From assembly GCA_963827235.1 (NCBI GenBank), contig CAWHAE010000009.1:416001-480000 (forward strand): a DNA stretch of 64,000 nt, written 5' to 3'. Below the pieces are notes generated by a model. That model was not told where the DNA came from. It did no database searches and worked only from the letters and a program-made list of their open reading frames with translations. The stretch comes from an uncultured bacterium. GTDB taxonomy: Bacteria; Chloroflexota; UBA5177; JANWHV01. Positions 31,456-42,284 of the stretch are shown here, piece after piece. A program made the position numbers and the translations under genes. The first letter of the stretch is position 1, and each line of letters begins with the position of its first letter.

Positions 31456-33284
31456 ATGAGGCGAGCGACGACGGCGCCGGGGAGGCTCTCGGTGAGCGGA
31501 GCGGCGGAATTCGTGCTGGGCATCAACCCCGTGGTCGACTGGACAGGCCCGGAATACGAGGCGTCCGTCGGCGCATTGGTGGCCTATCTCAAGAACAAGC
31601 TGGGCCGGTCGGTCCGACTCGGCGTCGAATCCGACTACGCGACACAGAATCGCCATGATGCGTGCCGGCGCCGTCGATGCCACCTTCTTCGGTGCCTACG
31701 CCTTCTATCGCGCGAAGGAAGAGGCGGGCGCCGTCGCCCTGGTAGCGCGTGTTCAGAAGGGGTCCAATACGCCGGGAAGCTACCAGAGCGTCGTGCTTGT
31801 GCGCGCAGATACCGCTCTGCGATCGCTTCAGGATCTGCGCGGCCTGGAGCTCGGCTTCGTCGATCCGAACTCGACCGCCGGGTACCTGATCCCTCTGCGC
31901 ATGCTGCGCGAGGCAGGGCTCGGCGCCGACGACATCACCTACCGCTTTTTCAATACCCATCAGGCGGTCCTCGAGGCCGTGCAGTCGGGTGAGGTAGCGG
32001 CCGGGGCCATGCACCGCGGCTTCTACACCGCCCTGGGCGAGCGCGACCCCAGGGCCGCCGCCGGCTTGCGCACGATTGCTACCTCGCCGCCCGTACCGGC
32101 AGGACCGGTCGCGGTGCGGCACGATCTGGACTGGGAGACGCGCCAGCGCCTCTTGTTGGCATTGTTGCGTCTGCATGAAGATCCGATTGCCTCGCGCCTC
32201 CTGCTCCTGCCCGGCAACTGCTTTCGCCCGGCTTCCAATCGCTCGGTCACGCTCAAGACGGTGGCCGCCCTGGCAGACACCTCCTACGGCACCGTGTCCC
32301 GCGTGATCAATAAGGCGGCGCACGTGGCGCCAGAGACGTATGCCCGCGTGATGAGCGTCATCCAGGATCTCGGCTACCGCCCGAACGCGACCGCCCGCAG
32401 CCTAGCAGCCAACCGGTCCGGCCTGGTGGGCATGGTGGTGCCCGATGCCGCCGACCCGGCCGTGGTGCGTTATCTCGAAGGCGCGCAGCGCGTGCTGACC
32501 TCGCGCGGCATGCAGGTCGCGCTTTGCTCAACAGGAGGCGACCGCAGCCTGGAGCAGAGCTACCTGGGCCTGCTGGAGACAGGAGCGTTCGGCGGCCTGT
32601 TGCTGACGGCCTGGAGCATCGACACGCCCGCAGTCGGCTTGCTGGACGCAGCCGGCCACGCCATCGTCATGCTCGGCGCGGCACCGGGCAGTGCCCCCGT
32701 CGCGTCCGTAGCGCCCGACGTCACGGCGGCCTGGCAACGAGCGGCAGAGTATCTGCGCGCGCTCGGCCACCGGCGTATTGGCGCCCTGGCGTCTGCTTCG
32801 CCGGCAGGCACGATCGCAAGCCACGGCAGTGCCGCGCTCCCGGAGATCGAGCCTAGCCGGCTGGATCTCCCCGACGACGCGGAGGCGGCCCGGCGGGCAG
32901 CGAGCACGCTTCTCGCCGCAGCCGGCCCGCGCGACCGCCGTGATCTGCGGCAGCGAGCGGATCGCCCTTGGCGTCCTCCAGGCAGCCTATGATCTGCACG
33001 TTGCCGTGCCGGCCGCGCTCAGCGTGCTGGCACTTGGCGAGTCGTGGCTGGCCCGCGCGAGCGCGCCAGCCCTGACTACGGTGGGCTGCCCGCTCGACGG
33101 GCTGGGCGAGCAGGCCGCGCTCCTGTTGCTGAGCCGCATGAGCGACGACGAGGTGCCGCCCACTGGTGTGGCGCTTCCGCCTCCGCTGCTCGTGGAGCGT
33201 GGATCGACCGCGCGGCCGGGAGAGTCGTCCCAGAGCAGCCAGAGCAGCAAGCATCCGCGCCTCGATAGCGCGGGCGTCGAGTAG
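31456..33284 (+). CDS. Fusion regulator: PhnD-type phosphate/phosphonate-binding domain + LacI HTH + LacI effector domain (two frameshifts)
   Basis: DY....MRAG.VD, SLQDLRG...FVDPNSTAGYLIP continuous in one ORF (31655-32992) with VTLKTVA....SYGTVSRVIN...GYRPN..ARSL; LacI C-terminus (TAVICGS, LTTV, LVERGST) in 32778-33284. Confidence 0.8.
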
Positions 33285-33380
33285 ACTTGACGTGAGCGGA
33301 CCTGCACGCCGGTCGCGGCGATCTGCCGCACCGCTCGGGCGATCCAACCATAGCAAGCAGGAGGCACACGGGAGCCCGGC

Positions 33381-34545
33381 ATGATCAGTGCACTCACCAA
33401 CGCGCGCGTGGTGACGGCAACCGAGGTCGTCGAGGGCGCGTCGGTGATCGTGGAAGCAGGTAGGATCGCCGGTATCCTGCGCCACGCGGAGCGCGGTCGG
33501 GCGGGAAGCCTGGACGTGGGCGGCCGCTACGTCTTGCCCGGCATGGTCGACCTCCATTGCGACACCATCGTGCCACGGAGCTCGCCGCGTCCCAACACGC
33601 GCTTGCCGGACGAGCTCGTCTTCCTGGAGATGGATTCCTATTTCGCCTGCTCGGGGGTTACCACCGGCTTTCACGCGATCAGCTTTTACGAAAGCAGATT
33701 CGGCGTGGATGCCCTGGACCGCACCGTTGCCCTGGGCAGCGAGCTCTACGGCCTGGTGGCGCGGTTGCGCGAAGCGGGCACGGTGCGTCACGAGCTCCAC
33801 CTGCGCTGCGAGGCGCCCGACCGCAACGCCGTGGAGGCCGTGATGCCGCTTCTGGCCGGCGGCAAAGCCAGGATGGTCTCCCTGATGGATCACACGCTCG
33901 GCCAGGGGCAGCATACCAGCGTGCAATGGCTCGAAGACGTCATGCGCGCGCGGGGACGAACCAAGGCAGAGATAGAGGACAGCATGGCGCGGGCGACGAC
34001 GAACGATGGGGCGGCCATGCTGGCCAACATGCGGCAGGTTGCTCGCGCCGCCCACGAGCACGGTCTGGTGCTCGCATCTCACGACGACGACACGGCGGAC
34101 AAAGTGGACTTCGTGGCGCGGCTCGGCGCGCGCATCTCCGAGTTCCCCACCACGCCGGCAGCGGCACGCCGGGCAAAGGAGCGTGATCTGGCCGTCTGCA
34201 TGGGCGCTCCCAACGTCGTGCGCGGCAAGTCGTCCGGCTCCGGGCACCTCTCGGCCACCGAGGCGGTCTCGCAGGGACTGGTAGACGTGCTCGTCTCGGA
34301 TTACGATGCCCCGAGCATGCTCCCGGCCGTGTTTTCGTTGGCCGGCGCCCACCTGCTGGCCCTCCCGGCCGCGGTGCGGCTGGTCAGTGCGGCGCCTGCC
34401 GAAGCGCTCGGGCTGCAGGACCGCGGCACGATCCGGGAAGGCGCGCTGGCCGATTCTGCTCGTAGTCGGCGACCGCCTGGGCTTGCCGCGTGTCACCCAC
34501 GCCCTGGTGGAAGGGCACGTCGTCGTCGCAACCGAGGCGGTGTGA
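33381..34545 (+). CDS. phnM: Alpha-D-ribose 1-methylphosphonate 5-triphosphate diphosphatase (frameshift near 34455)
   Basis: PGMVDLHCD, HLRCE, SLMDHT.GQGQ, ASHDD, SEFPTT, MGAPNVVRG.S.SG, SDY. Confidence 0.88.
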
Positions 34546-34752
34546 ACGGCTTCCGCCTCCCGTCCGGCTTCCGCCGACGTCTCAACGCCGAAGGCCAGGT
34601 TTCTGCGGCGATCGTCCCAGTGATCACGGCGCCTCCTGCCGCGTGAGGATCCGCGCTCAGGTCTGGATGGCAAGATGGATTCCTTGGGCCGGTCGAGCGG
34701 CCACGCAGTCACCCTGCCCTACACCGCACTAGATTCAGGAGAGACAAGGTAC

Positions 34753-36405
34753 ATGACATCCAGACGCCGCGCCGCGCTCCTGACCGCCGTGCTCCTCTTC
34801 CCCCTCGTTCGGACGCCGGGGCCAGCCGGTGCCGCGCGAGGACCAACGCAACCGGTGGCCGGGACCACCAGCATCGGCGATCCCTATTACCCGGCGCTCG
34901 GCAACGGCGGCTACGATGCCCAGCACTACACGCTCGACCTCACGGTCGACGTCCCGCACGACACCATCACGGGCACTGCAACCATGACGGCCCAGGCTCT
35001 GCAAGACCTGGATCGTTTCTCCCTGGATTTTGCCGGCTTCCACATCGCCGGGGTGACGGTCGACGGTGCGGCAGCCACGTACAGCCACCCGGCCCGCAAG
35101 CTCGTGATCAGTCCGGCACGGCCGATACCGGCAGGGAGCCGGTTCACCGTCACGGTCGGCTACAGCGGTACGCCGACCACGATCCCAACCTCCAGCGGCG
35201 ACGGCGGCTGGCATGACGACGGGCGCGAGGTCTACGTGGCCGGCGAGCCAGATGGCGCCGAGGGCTGGTTCCCGGTCAACGACCACCCGCTCGACAAGGC
35301 CGGCTACACCTTTCGTATCAGCGTGCCCAAGCCGTTCATGGTCGTCGCCAATGGGCTTCCGCTGGGAGCGACGGCACACGGCACGACCACCGCGTACCGG
35401 TGGCAGGAAAGTGCCCCGATGGCCAGCTACCTGGCGACTGTTGTGATCGGCCAGCTCGCGCCGCAACGCGCGACCGGGCCGGGCGGCTTGCCGCTGCGCA
35501 GCTACTATCCGCCGTCCCTGGCGGCTAAAGCCCGGGCGACCTTCGCACGGCTACCGGCAATGATCGCCTACTTCGAGCGCATCCTTGGCCCCTTCCCATT
35601 CGACTCGTACGGCACGGTCATGACCGCCGCTTCCGTGTCCTACGCCCTGGAAACGCAAACGCGCGCGCTCTTCAGTCCGGCGGTGCTCGCCTACGTCCCT
35701 GACCGCGCCCAGGAAGGCATCGCCCACGAGCTGGCCCATCAGTGGTTCGGCGACAGTGTGAGCCTGCGTACGTGGCGCGATATCTGGCTGAACGAAGGCT
35801 TTGCCACCTACCTGAGCTGGCTGTGGCTGGAGCACATCGGCGAGCGCGGCTATCTCAGCAGTCTCATGCGTTCCCAGTACGGCTACCTGCTTGAGGCACC
35901 CTATATCAACACACTGCTTAGCCACCCGGCGCTGGCAGGTCGAGCGGTGCTCCAGATTATGCACGCCATACTGCGCATACAGGGAGTGACGATGTCGGAC
36001 GTGCAGATCCTACAGGGCATGGGCAGGACGTCGATCGCCGCGGTGACCAGCGCCCGTGCGCTCGGCTTCTTCGGCGTCCATCCGGGCTCCGCGGACGCGC
36101 AGAGCTTCGAGGAGATGGCGCGCTCTTCGGCCCCTGCCGTGCCGCCGCGCGACGATCTCTTCCCAACAAGCGTCTATAACCGCGGTGCCATGGCGCTGCA
36201 GGCCTTGCGGCTGCAGGTCGGCGATGCCATCTTCTTCCGCATCCTGCGCACGTACGCTGCGCGCTACCGCCATGCCAACGCCGATACCGCTGCTTTCATC
36301 GCCGTGGCCACCGCGGTGAGCGGCCAGAACCTGGCCGCATTCTTCCGCACCTGGCTCGACACACCAGCCGCGCCCCCGATGCCGGCGCTGCGTCCAACGC
36401 AGTGA
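34753..36405 (+). CDS. Secreted M1 family aminopeptidase
   Basis: Signal peptide; GDPYYP..GNGGYD, HELAHQWFG..(18)..E, VYNRGA. Confidence 0.9.
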   Translation: MTSRRRAALLTAVLLFPLVRTPGPAGAARGPTQPVAGTTSIGDPYYPALGNGGYDAQHYTLDLTVDVPHDTITGTATMTAQALQDLDRFSLDFAGFHIAGVTVDGAAATYSHPARKLVISPARPIPAGSRFTVTVGYSGTPTTIPTSSGDGGWHDDGREVYVAGEPDGAEGWFPVNDHPLDKAGYTFRISVPKPFMVVANGLPLGATAHGTTTAYRWQESAPMASYLATVVIGQLAPQRATGPGGLPLRSYYPPSLAAKARATFARLPAMIAYFERILGPFPFDSYGTVMTAASVSYALETQTRALFSPAVLAYVPDRAQEGIAHELAHQWFGDSVSLRTWRDIWLNEGFATYLSWLWLEHIGERGYLSSLMRSQYGYLLEAPYINTLLSHPALAGRAVLQIMHAILRIQGVTMSDVQILQGMGRTSIAAVTSARALGFFGVHPGSADAQSFEEMARSSAPAVPPRDDLFPTSVYNRGAMALQALRLQVGDAIFFRILRTYAARYRHANADTAAFIAVATAVSGQNLAAFFRTWLDTPAAPPMPALRPTQ

Positions 36406-36457
36406 GCGCGCCGCTGCGCTGGTCGATGGGCGGCGGAGAACGGCAGGCACGAGATCG

Positions 36458-37273
36458 CTAGGCTTTCAGACCAACGTAGAGTAAGTGGTCGGCAAGGCCC
36501 AGGATGCTCGGGTCACCTGCCACCTGTATCAGCATCTGCATGGTGGCGTGGTGCGCATCCGGATCGCTCTCTGCCAGAGCGGCCAGCGCCTCTTGCAGGT
36601 CGGGCACGATACTCTGCGTTGCCCACAACGCCTGCGCGGCGAAGCCGTATTGCGCGAAGAACGAGGCGACCTCGGAGGGATGCACGCCGTATCCGCCGGT
36701 GAAGCGGCCCGGAATGTCGTTTTCGAACACTCCCTCGTCCAGCACACGGGCTATCCAGGAAGGAGAAGCCAGATGGCGCCGTTCATCGGGGATGGCCAGC
36801 GTGCGGCGCAGAAAGGCGTAGCGCGGCATCAGGGCAACGAAGACGAGCCCGCCCGGACGGACGACACGCGCCAGCTCGCGGGCGGCACGGTCGCGCCCGG
36901 CAGGGTCGGGCAGGTGATAGAAGGGGCCGAGTGCCAGGGCAGCGTCGAAAGCGGCGTCCGGCCAACGCGAGAGGTCGCGGGCGTCGGCCACTGAGATGTC
37001 GTCGACCAGCGCGCCCGCCGGGGAAGCCGCGATCTTGCCCCGTGCGATGGCGGTCAGGGTGGGCGACAGGTCGGCCAGGGTCACGTGATGGCCGCGCTCG
37101 GCCAGCCAGATGGTGTAGCGGCCCGGCCCGCCGCCGATATCCAGCACTCGGGCACCGGCCGGAAGATAGGCGGCGATTGCCTCTTGGGTGATGGCAAACT
37201 CCAGGGCGCCGTCACCCGGCCGTGCCAGCCGCTCCCACTCACGTTCCGCAAAGCCGTCGTAGTAGTCGCGCAC
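36458..37273 (-). CDS. Class I SAM-dependent methyltransferase
   Basis: EWERL, VLDIGGGPGRY, LGPFYHL. Confidence 0.88.
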   Translation of the reverse strand: MRDYYDGFAEREWERLARPGDGALEFAITQEAIAAYLPAGARVLDIGGGPGRYTIWLAERGHHVTLADLSPTLTAIARGKIAASPAGALVDDISVADARDLSRWPDAAFDAALALGPFYHLPDPAGRDRAARELARVVRPGGLVFVALMPRYAFLRRTLAIPDERRHLASPSWIARVLDEGVFENDIPGRFTGGYGVHPSEVASFFAQYGFAAQALWATQSIVPDLQEALAALAESDPDAHHATMQMLIQVAGDPSILGLADHLLYVGLKA

Positions 37274-37475
37274 GGCATCGATCAGCGAGATGCTCCCCGT
37301 CTTTTCTCTTGTAGATCTTCATCGCCCTCAGGTCAAACTGTAAACAGGATCTGTCTGTGGGTTTGGCTGTTCAAGTCCAGTCGAGTTGCTGACCGGCGTC
37401 CGGCAGATCGCGCAGCTGCTGCAGCACGTCGTCCCGGACCTGGCGTGGCGCGCTGAGCAGGCGTGGCTGGGCTGG

Positions 37476-38126
37476 TCAGATGGTCGGCTGCAGCGGATCG
37501 GGATCGAGTGTGATGCCGTCGTACAGGTCGTCGACGGCAAGGCGCAGAGCGATGGTGTCCAGACTGAGCGTTGTGCTGGATGGAAACACAAGATATGTCC
37601 AGCTCCCGTCGTCATGCTTGCGGTAGAGCGTGGCTTGGGGACGGCGGTTGTCCAGGATCAGGTAGTCGCGCAAACTCGGCAACCGCTTGTAGGACTCGAA
37701 CTTGTCCTGGCGATCGAACTCGGCTGTGCTTTGGCTGCGCACTTCGCAGATCACGGTGGCGTCGTCAAAACGTCGTTGGTTCGGCGTTGGCTCGCCGCAG
37801 ACGACGTAAGCGTCGGGGTAGTAAGTATTTGCCGCGGCGGTGAGCTGCATGTCGGATGGGTAGACGCGGCAGGGCCCTCGGTTGCCGAGGTGGAGGCGAA
37901 GTGCGATGAGCAGACTCACAATCAGCTGGGCGTGCGTCGCCGTACCGCCCGCCATAGCCCAGTGGCTGTCCGGTGGGTAGAAGCGCGGATACATGAGGCC
38001 GTTGTGGTACTCGTAGCGGCCGGGAAGCTGATCGGCCAGACGTTGGTACTCGTCGGCGCTGATAGCCCGAGGTGCCTCGTAGTCGTCGGGCACGGGCGGA
38101 TAGGTGACGTGCCGCTGGGTAGCCAT
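37476..38126 (-). CDS. Uma2/DUF820 family endonuclease-like protein
   Basis: RYEY..G, AMAGG...H, YPD..V, EV.S.ST..FDR..K...Y..LPSL..Y. Confidence 0.85.
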   Translation of the reverse strand: MATQRHVTYPPVPDDYEAPRAISADEYQRLADQLPGRYEYHNGLMYPRFYPPDSHWAMAGGTATHAQLIVSLLIALRLHLGNRGPCRVYPSDMQLTAAANTYYPDAYVVCGEPTPNQRRFDDATVICEVRSQSTAEFDRQDKFESYKRLPSLRDYLILDNRRPQATLYRKHDDGSWTYLVFPSSTTLSLDTIALRLAVDDLYDGITLDPDPLQPTI

Positions 38127-38289
38127 AAGCGCCCTTTCGGGTCTTAGTATAGCAGCGGTCAATGACCGGCACCTGCAGGCGCTGGCTTGCCCATCGTGGT
38201 GCTAGGCGACGCGAGCTTCACGGCTGGTTGACGGCAGCCGCCCGAGAGAGGGCACGGCGGCCCCACGGACGCTACCATGACGGTAAGAC

Positions 38290-39189
38290 ATGGAAACACG
38301 GGAGGGAAATATCGTGGTGATGACCGGCGGCGCCCACTGCCGCGAGGAGTACGTCACCAGCGCACGCGGAGAGCGTGTCTTCACGCGGTGGTGGATCCCG
38401 GCTCTCGACCAGCCGCGGGCCGTGGCCGTCATCGTGCACGGGCTCGGCGAGCACAGCGGGTGTTATCTGCCGGTGACCGGGTTTCTGCTCGGGCGCGGCA
38501 TGGCGGTGTACGCGCACGACCACCGCGGCTTCGGCCAGAGCGACGGCCGGCGCGGCCATATCGCGCGCTACGAGCACTACGTGGAGGATCTGCGGCGCCT
38601 GGTCGAGCGAGCGCATGGGGAGCATCCAGGATTGCCGCTGGTACTGCTCGGCCACTCCATGGGTGGTACGATCGCCCTCCTCTTCTCGCAGCGCTACCCC
38701 GAGCAGATCACCTGTGCCGTCTACTCCGCGCCAGCCTTGATCCTGCGCCACCATATTCCCCTGTTCCAGCGCACGCTCGCTCGCGGCATGTCTCGCCTCT
38801 GGCCGACCTTCACGAGCACGGATGCCATCGACCCTACGGTGCTCACCCACGATCCCGCCATACAGCAGGAGGTGCGCGTCGATCCGTGGCGGCACTCCCG
38901 CGTCTCGGCACGGCTCTACACGGAACTCTTCGTGCGGGGCCCGCGCGACGTTCTGGCCGGTCTTGACCGGCTGCGCGCGCCCTTCCTGATCATCCACGGT
39001 ACGGCGGATCCGCTGGTCTCGCCGGACGGATCGCAGCGAGTGTACGACGGTGCCTCGGTAGAGGGCAGCGCCATCCGGCTCTATCCTGCTCTGCTGCACG
39101 AATCCCTTCGTGAAGTCGAGCGCGAGCAGGTCTTCGCCGATATCGCCGGCTGGCTGGAAGCCCGGGGCGTGCTCGGTACTCAAGGCTGA
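38290..39189 (+). CDS. Lysophospholipase / monoacylglycerol lipase-like alpha/beta hydrolase
   Basis: HGLGEHS, DHRGFGQS, GHSMGG, HGTAD, LHE. Confidence 0.9.
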   Translation: METREGNIVVMTGGAHCREEYVTSARGERVFTRWWIPALDQPRAVAVIVHGLGEHSGCYLPVTGFLLGRGMAVYAHDHRGFGQSDGRRGHIARYEHYVEDLRRLVERAHGEHPGLPLVLLGHSMGGTIALLFSQRYPEQITCAVYSAPALILRHHIPLFQRTLARGMSRLWPTFTSTDAIDPTVLTHDPAIQQEVRVDPWRHSRVSARLYTELFVRGPRDVLAGLDRLRAPFLIIHGTADPLVSPDGSQRVYDGASVEGSAIRLYPALLHESLREVEREQVFADIAGWLEARGVLGTQG

Positions 39190-39195
39190 TCTCTG

Positions 39196-39852
39196 TCAGC
39201 CCTCCGCGGGACGGAGATCGGGCAGATCCCGGACGACCTCTGCGATCGATCTGTTCTCCACGCTCCAACGGTGCAGGCTACCCGAGCGGAGCAGCGCCTC
39301 GCCCAGGGCAACGCCCCGTGGCACGCTCTGCCGCCAGGAGTCCAGGACCCAGGACTGCGGAGCGTACTGGCCGGTGCGCAGGCTGAACTCGACGTGGAGC
39401 GCCACGATGAGCGCCTCCAGGTCCGGGTCCGCGGGGCCAGCGACGCGGGGACGGTGCCGCCGCATGAATGCGGTAGCATCCAGCAGGGCGATGCTGCCGG
39501 CAGCGGAATCGCGCGCCGCGAATCGGACCTCGCCAATACGCCACATGCGAATCGCGCCGGTACACAGAGCACACGGCTCGGTCGTCGAGTAGAGGATGCG
39601 ATCCTGAGGATCGGCGGTATCTCCGGCCAGAGCGATGAGTGCGTTCATCTCGGCGTGGGCCAGGCGGTGCCCGCAGAGCAGGCGTCCCGGCGCCGCGTCT
39701 TCGAAGATGCGATTGCGGCCGCGCGCGACGATCAGGCCCTGCCGGTCCGTGATCACGGCGCCGATGGGGATCGAGCCTATGCGGTATGCCGCCCATGCCT
39801 CCTCCAGGCAACCCTGCCATGGTCCGGCCAATGCCTCCCACAGTGCCGTCAC
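39196..39852 (-). CDS. Nucleoside/tRNA deaminase family protein
   Basis: PIGAVI, HAE, EPCALC zinc motif. Confidence 0.88.
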   Translation of the reverse strand: MTALWEALAGPWQGCLEEAWAAYRIGSIPIGAVITDRQGLIVARGRNRIFEDAAPGRLLCGHRLAHAEMNALIALAGDTADPQDRILYSTTEPCALCTGAIRMWRIGEVRFAARDSAAGSIALLDATAFMRRHRPRVAGPADPDLEALIVALHVEFSLRTGQYAPQSWVLDSWRQSVPRGVALGEALLRSGSLHRWSVENRSIAEVVRDLPDLRPAEG

Positions 39853-40130
39853 CCTCCACGTTCCTTTCTCGGACGTCGCCGTATTGCACCGGCCGGCGTA
39901 CCGATGCTACCGTGAAGCATACTGCAGGCCAAACCGGCGCCACCGCGAGATCCGGATAGCGCTACGCCCGGCTCGCGTGGCTATCAGCCTCCGGCCGCGG
40001 CCGGGTGCGCTGTCAAAGTCCGTCGCTGCCTCTCGCAGGCCGGGTGGCGCGTGCGCAATGCGCGGCTACCACGGCCGAGGGGTAGGCACGGGCAACCGGC
40101 GTGCGCCGGGTGCAGGGAGGACCGACGCCC

Positions 40131-40362
40131 GTGATCGACGACCAAGCGTACCTGCTCGGCGAGCAGTACGGCAGCACCACCAACCTGTTCGCACGCGCCG
40201 GCTTGCGCGGCGCCCCTGGTGGCCTACATGCTCTCGCTCGTGCCGGGCGAGACGCTCACCGCGTGCCGACGGGCTGCCCTGGAGCAGCTGGTCGCGCAGG
40301 AGCTCGCGGCGCAGGGTACTCTGCATATCGGCAAGGACTCGGGCTTGCTCGAGGCATCATAA
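40131..40362 (+). pseudogene. Internally deleted methyltransferase remnant
   Basis: N-terminal DQAYLL.EQY...NL.AR joined out of frame to C-terminal PLVAYMLS...LHIGKDSGLLEA*; SAM core absent. Confidence 0.5.
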
Positions 40363-40410
40363 CCGTCTCATCATTTCCGCACGCAATTCGATAGGTGAGG
40401 TGAGCGCAGG

Positions 40411-40869
40411 ATGCGGCGACGTCCTTCATCCCGGCTCCTGGTGATCGATCCCGACGGGCGGGTCTTGCTCTTTCACTTCGTCTTCACGAGCGGAGCTCGG
40501 GCGGGCGATGCGTGCTGGGCCACGCCCGGCGGCGCCGTGGAGCCGGGCGAGACGTTCGCCGAGGCCGCGTGCCGCGAGCTCCATGAGGAGACCGGCATCG
40601 TGATTCATGATGCCGGCGAGCACGTTGCCGAACGCGAATTCGTCCTGCAGTTGCCCGATGGAGAACGCGTCATGGCCGAGGAACGCTTCTACGTGGTGCG
40701 GAGCGCCGGATGCGCGCTTTCCACTCAGGGCTGGACCGCCTGGGAGCGCCAGGTGATGGCCGATCATCACTGGTGGTCGATCGACGAATTGCGGGCGGCA
40801 GACGAGGTCGTCTTTCCAGAAGACCTCGTCTCGATACTGGCTCGCGTTAGCGCCGGCGCGCGGCAGTGA
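40411..40869 (+). CDS. NUDIX hydrolase
   Basis: Nudix box PGGAVEPGE..AEAACRELHEETG. Confidence 0.9.
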   Translation: MRRRPSSRLLVIDPDGRVLLFHFVFTSGARAGDACWATPGGAVEPGETFAEAACRELHEETGIVIHDAGEHVAEREFVLQLPDGERVMAEERFYVVRSAGCALSTQGWTAWERQVMADHHWWSIDELRAADEVVFPEDLVSILARVSAGARQ

Positions 40870-40958
40870 GACAGGCATCACGCCGGAATATCGCGCTTCC
40901 CTCGAGTAGCCGGCTGCCAGCGGTAGAGATCAGGGTCTCGATGTGAGAAGCGGATCCA

Positions 40959-42284
40959 TCAACCGGTTTCCGCCCTCACCCCGCGCTCGATCCTCAGGGC
41001 GTAGCGCCCTTTGATTTCCAGTGACGCGGCCACGCCATCCGCACCCAAGCTGAAGCGCACGTGCATGAACGGATCGCTCCTGAGCAGGAACTCGGTGGGC
41101 GTCACTGGCAGCAGCGCCGTGCAGTAGCCGCCCGATCCGAGCACGAGTCTGCCGTCTTCTTTCCCGATCGTGCAGTCGTGACCGCGCATGTGGTACACGC
41201 CGGCCATCGCATCAAGCGCCGCGTCCTCGAGCAGAATCGTCGCCGGTTCCCGCACAGAAAGGCCGCACGCCAGCCCGGCCACACTGAGCGTGACAAACGG
41301 CAGTGAGGGCTCCGGTGCCATGCGGTTCGTCAGAATGGCCACGTAGAGACGCTCGTCGGGTACCCGAACCGCGTACGTCAGGAAGCCGTGGATGCCGCCA
41401 GGGTGCTCGATGGTGCGGCGTCCTGCATAATCCGCGAGTAACCAGCCAAAGCCATATCCGGTGGCAGTGCCGTCGCGAAGCGTCGCCGATGTCCATGCAC
41501 GCCGCAGCGTCTCCTGTCGAAGCAGTTGCTCGGTTGAAAGGGCAGCGTCCCACTTGGCCAGGTCGTCCACCGACGACATGATGGCACCCGCCGCGTGCGG
41601 ATGCGTCAAGCTGAGGTACCGGGCATTCTGGAAACCCGCGGCTCCCAGCTCGTAACCCGCGACCCGGCCGGGCACAATCCGCTCAGTATGGTCGTAGGCC
41701 GACCGTGTCATGCACAGCGGATCGAAGATTCGTCGCCGCAGAACGTCCTCGTATGCTTCGCCCGCGGCCCGCTCGATAATGGCCCCAAGCAGGACGTAGC
41801 CTGAATTGCTGTAGGCCCAGCCCGTTCCCGGCGCAAAGTCCAGCGGCTCATTCTTGAACACGTCGATCAGCTCGCCGAGCCGAACGTCCATGCGTTCAAG
41901 TCTCTGCCATTCCGGCATGTCGAGGTGGTCCTTGACGCCGGACGTATGCGTCAACAGGTGCTCGACAGCGATCTGGTAGCCATGGGTTGGATAATCCGGC
42001 AAGTACCGCCTGATGTCGTCGTCAAGCCGGAGCTTGCCCTCCTCCACAAGCATGAGGATGAGCACCGCAGTGAACTGCTTGGTAATCGAGCCGAGACGAA
42101 AGACCATGTCCGGCTCAATAGCCACGCCCAATTCGACGTTAGCCATGCCATACCCGGCACGCAGAACTGTCGCGCCGTCCTTGACGACGATCACCGCGGC
42201 ACCCGGTTCGTTGGGCGGATACGCCTGCCGGAGCAGGGCGTCGATTTCCTGCACTCGGGTACTTGACTCCGTAGGCTGATTCAA
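40959..42284 (-). CDS. Serine hydrolase (beta-lactamase class C-like)
   Basis: F.LGSITK (SxxK), LLTHTSG, YSN (YxN), HPGG. Confidence 0.9.
   Translation of the reverse strand: MNQPTESSTRVQEIDALLRQAYPPNEPGAAVIVVKDGATVLRAGYGMANVELGVAIEPDMVFRLGSITKQFTAVLILMLVEEGKLRLDDDIRRYLPDYPTHGYQIAVEHLLTHTSGVKDHLDMPEWQRLERMDVRLGELIDVFKNEPLDFAPGTGWAYSNSGYVLLGAIIERAAGEAYEDVLRRRIFDPLCMTRSAYDHTERIVPGRVAGYELGAAGFQNARYLSLTHPHAAGAIMSSVDDLAKWDAALSTEQLLRQETLRRAWTSATLRDGTATGYGFGWLLADYAGRRTIEHPGGIHGFLTYAVRVPDERLYVAILTNRMAPEPSLPFVTLSVAGLACGLSVREPATILLEDAALDAMAGVYHMRGHDCTIGKEDGRLVLGSGGYCTALLPVTPTEFLLRSDPFMHVRFSLGADGVAASLEIKGRYALRIERGVRAETG

Noticed and set aside
31640-34460. Programmed frameshifting in the regulator and phnM
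   Set aside because: No clear slippery heptamers; indel sequencing errors or recent decay are more parsimonious
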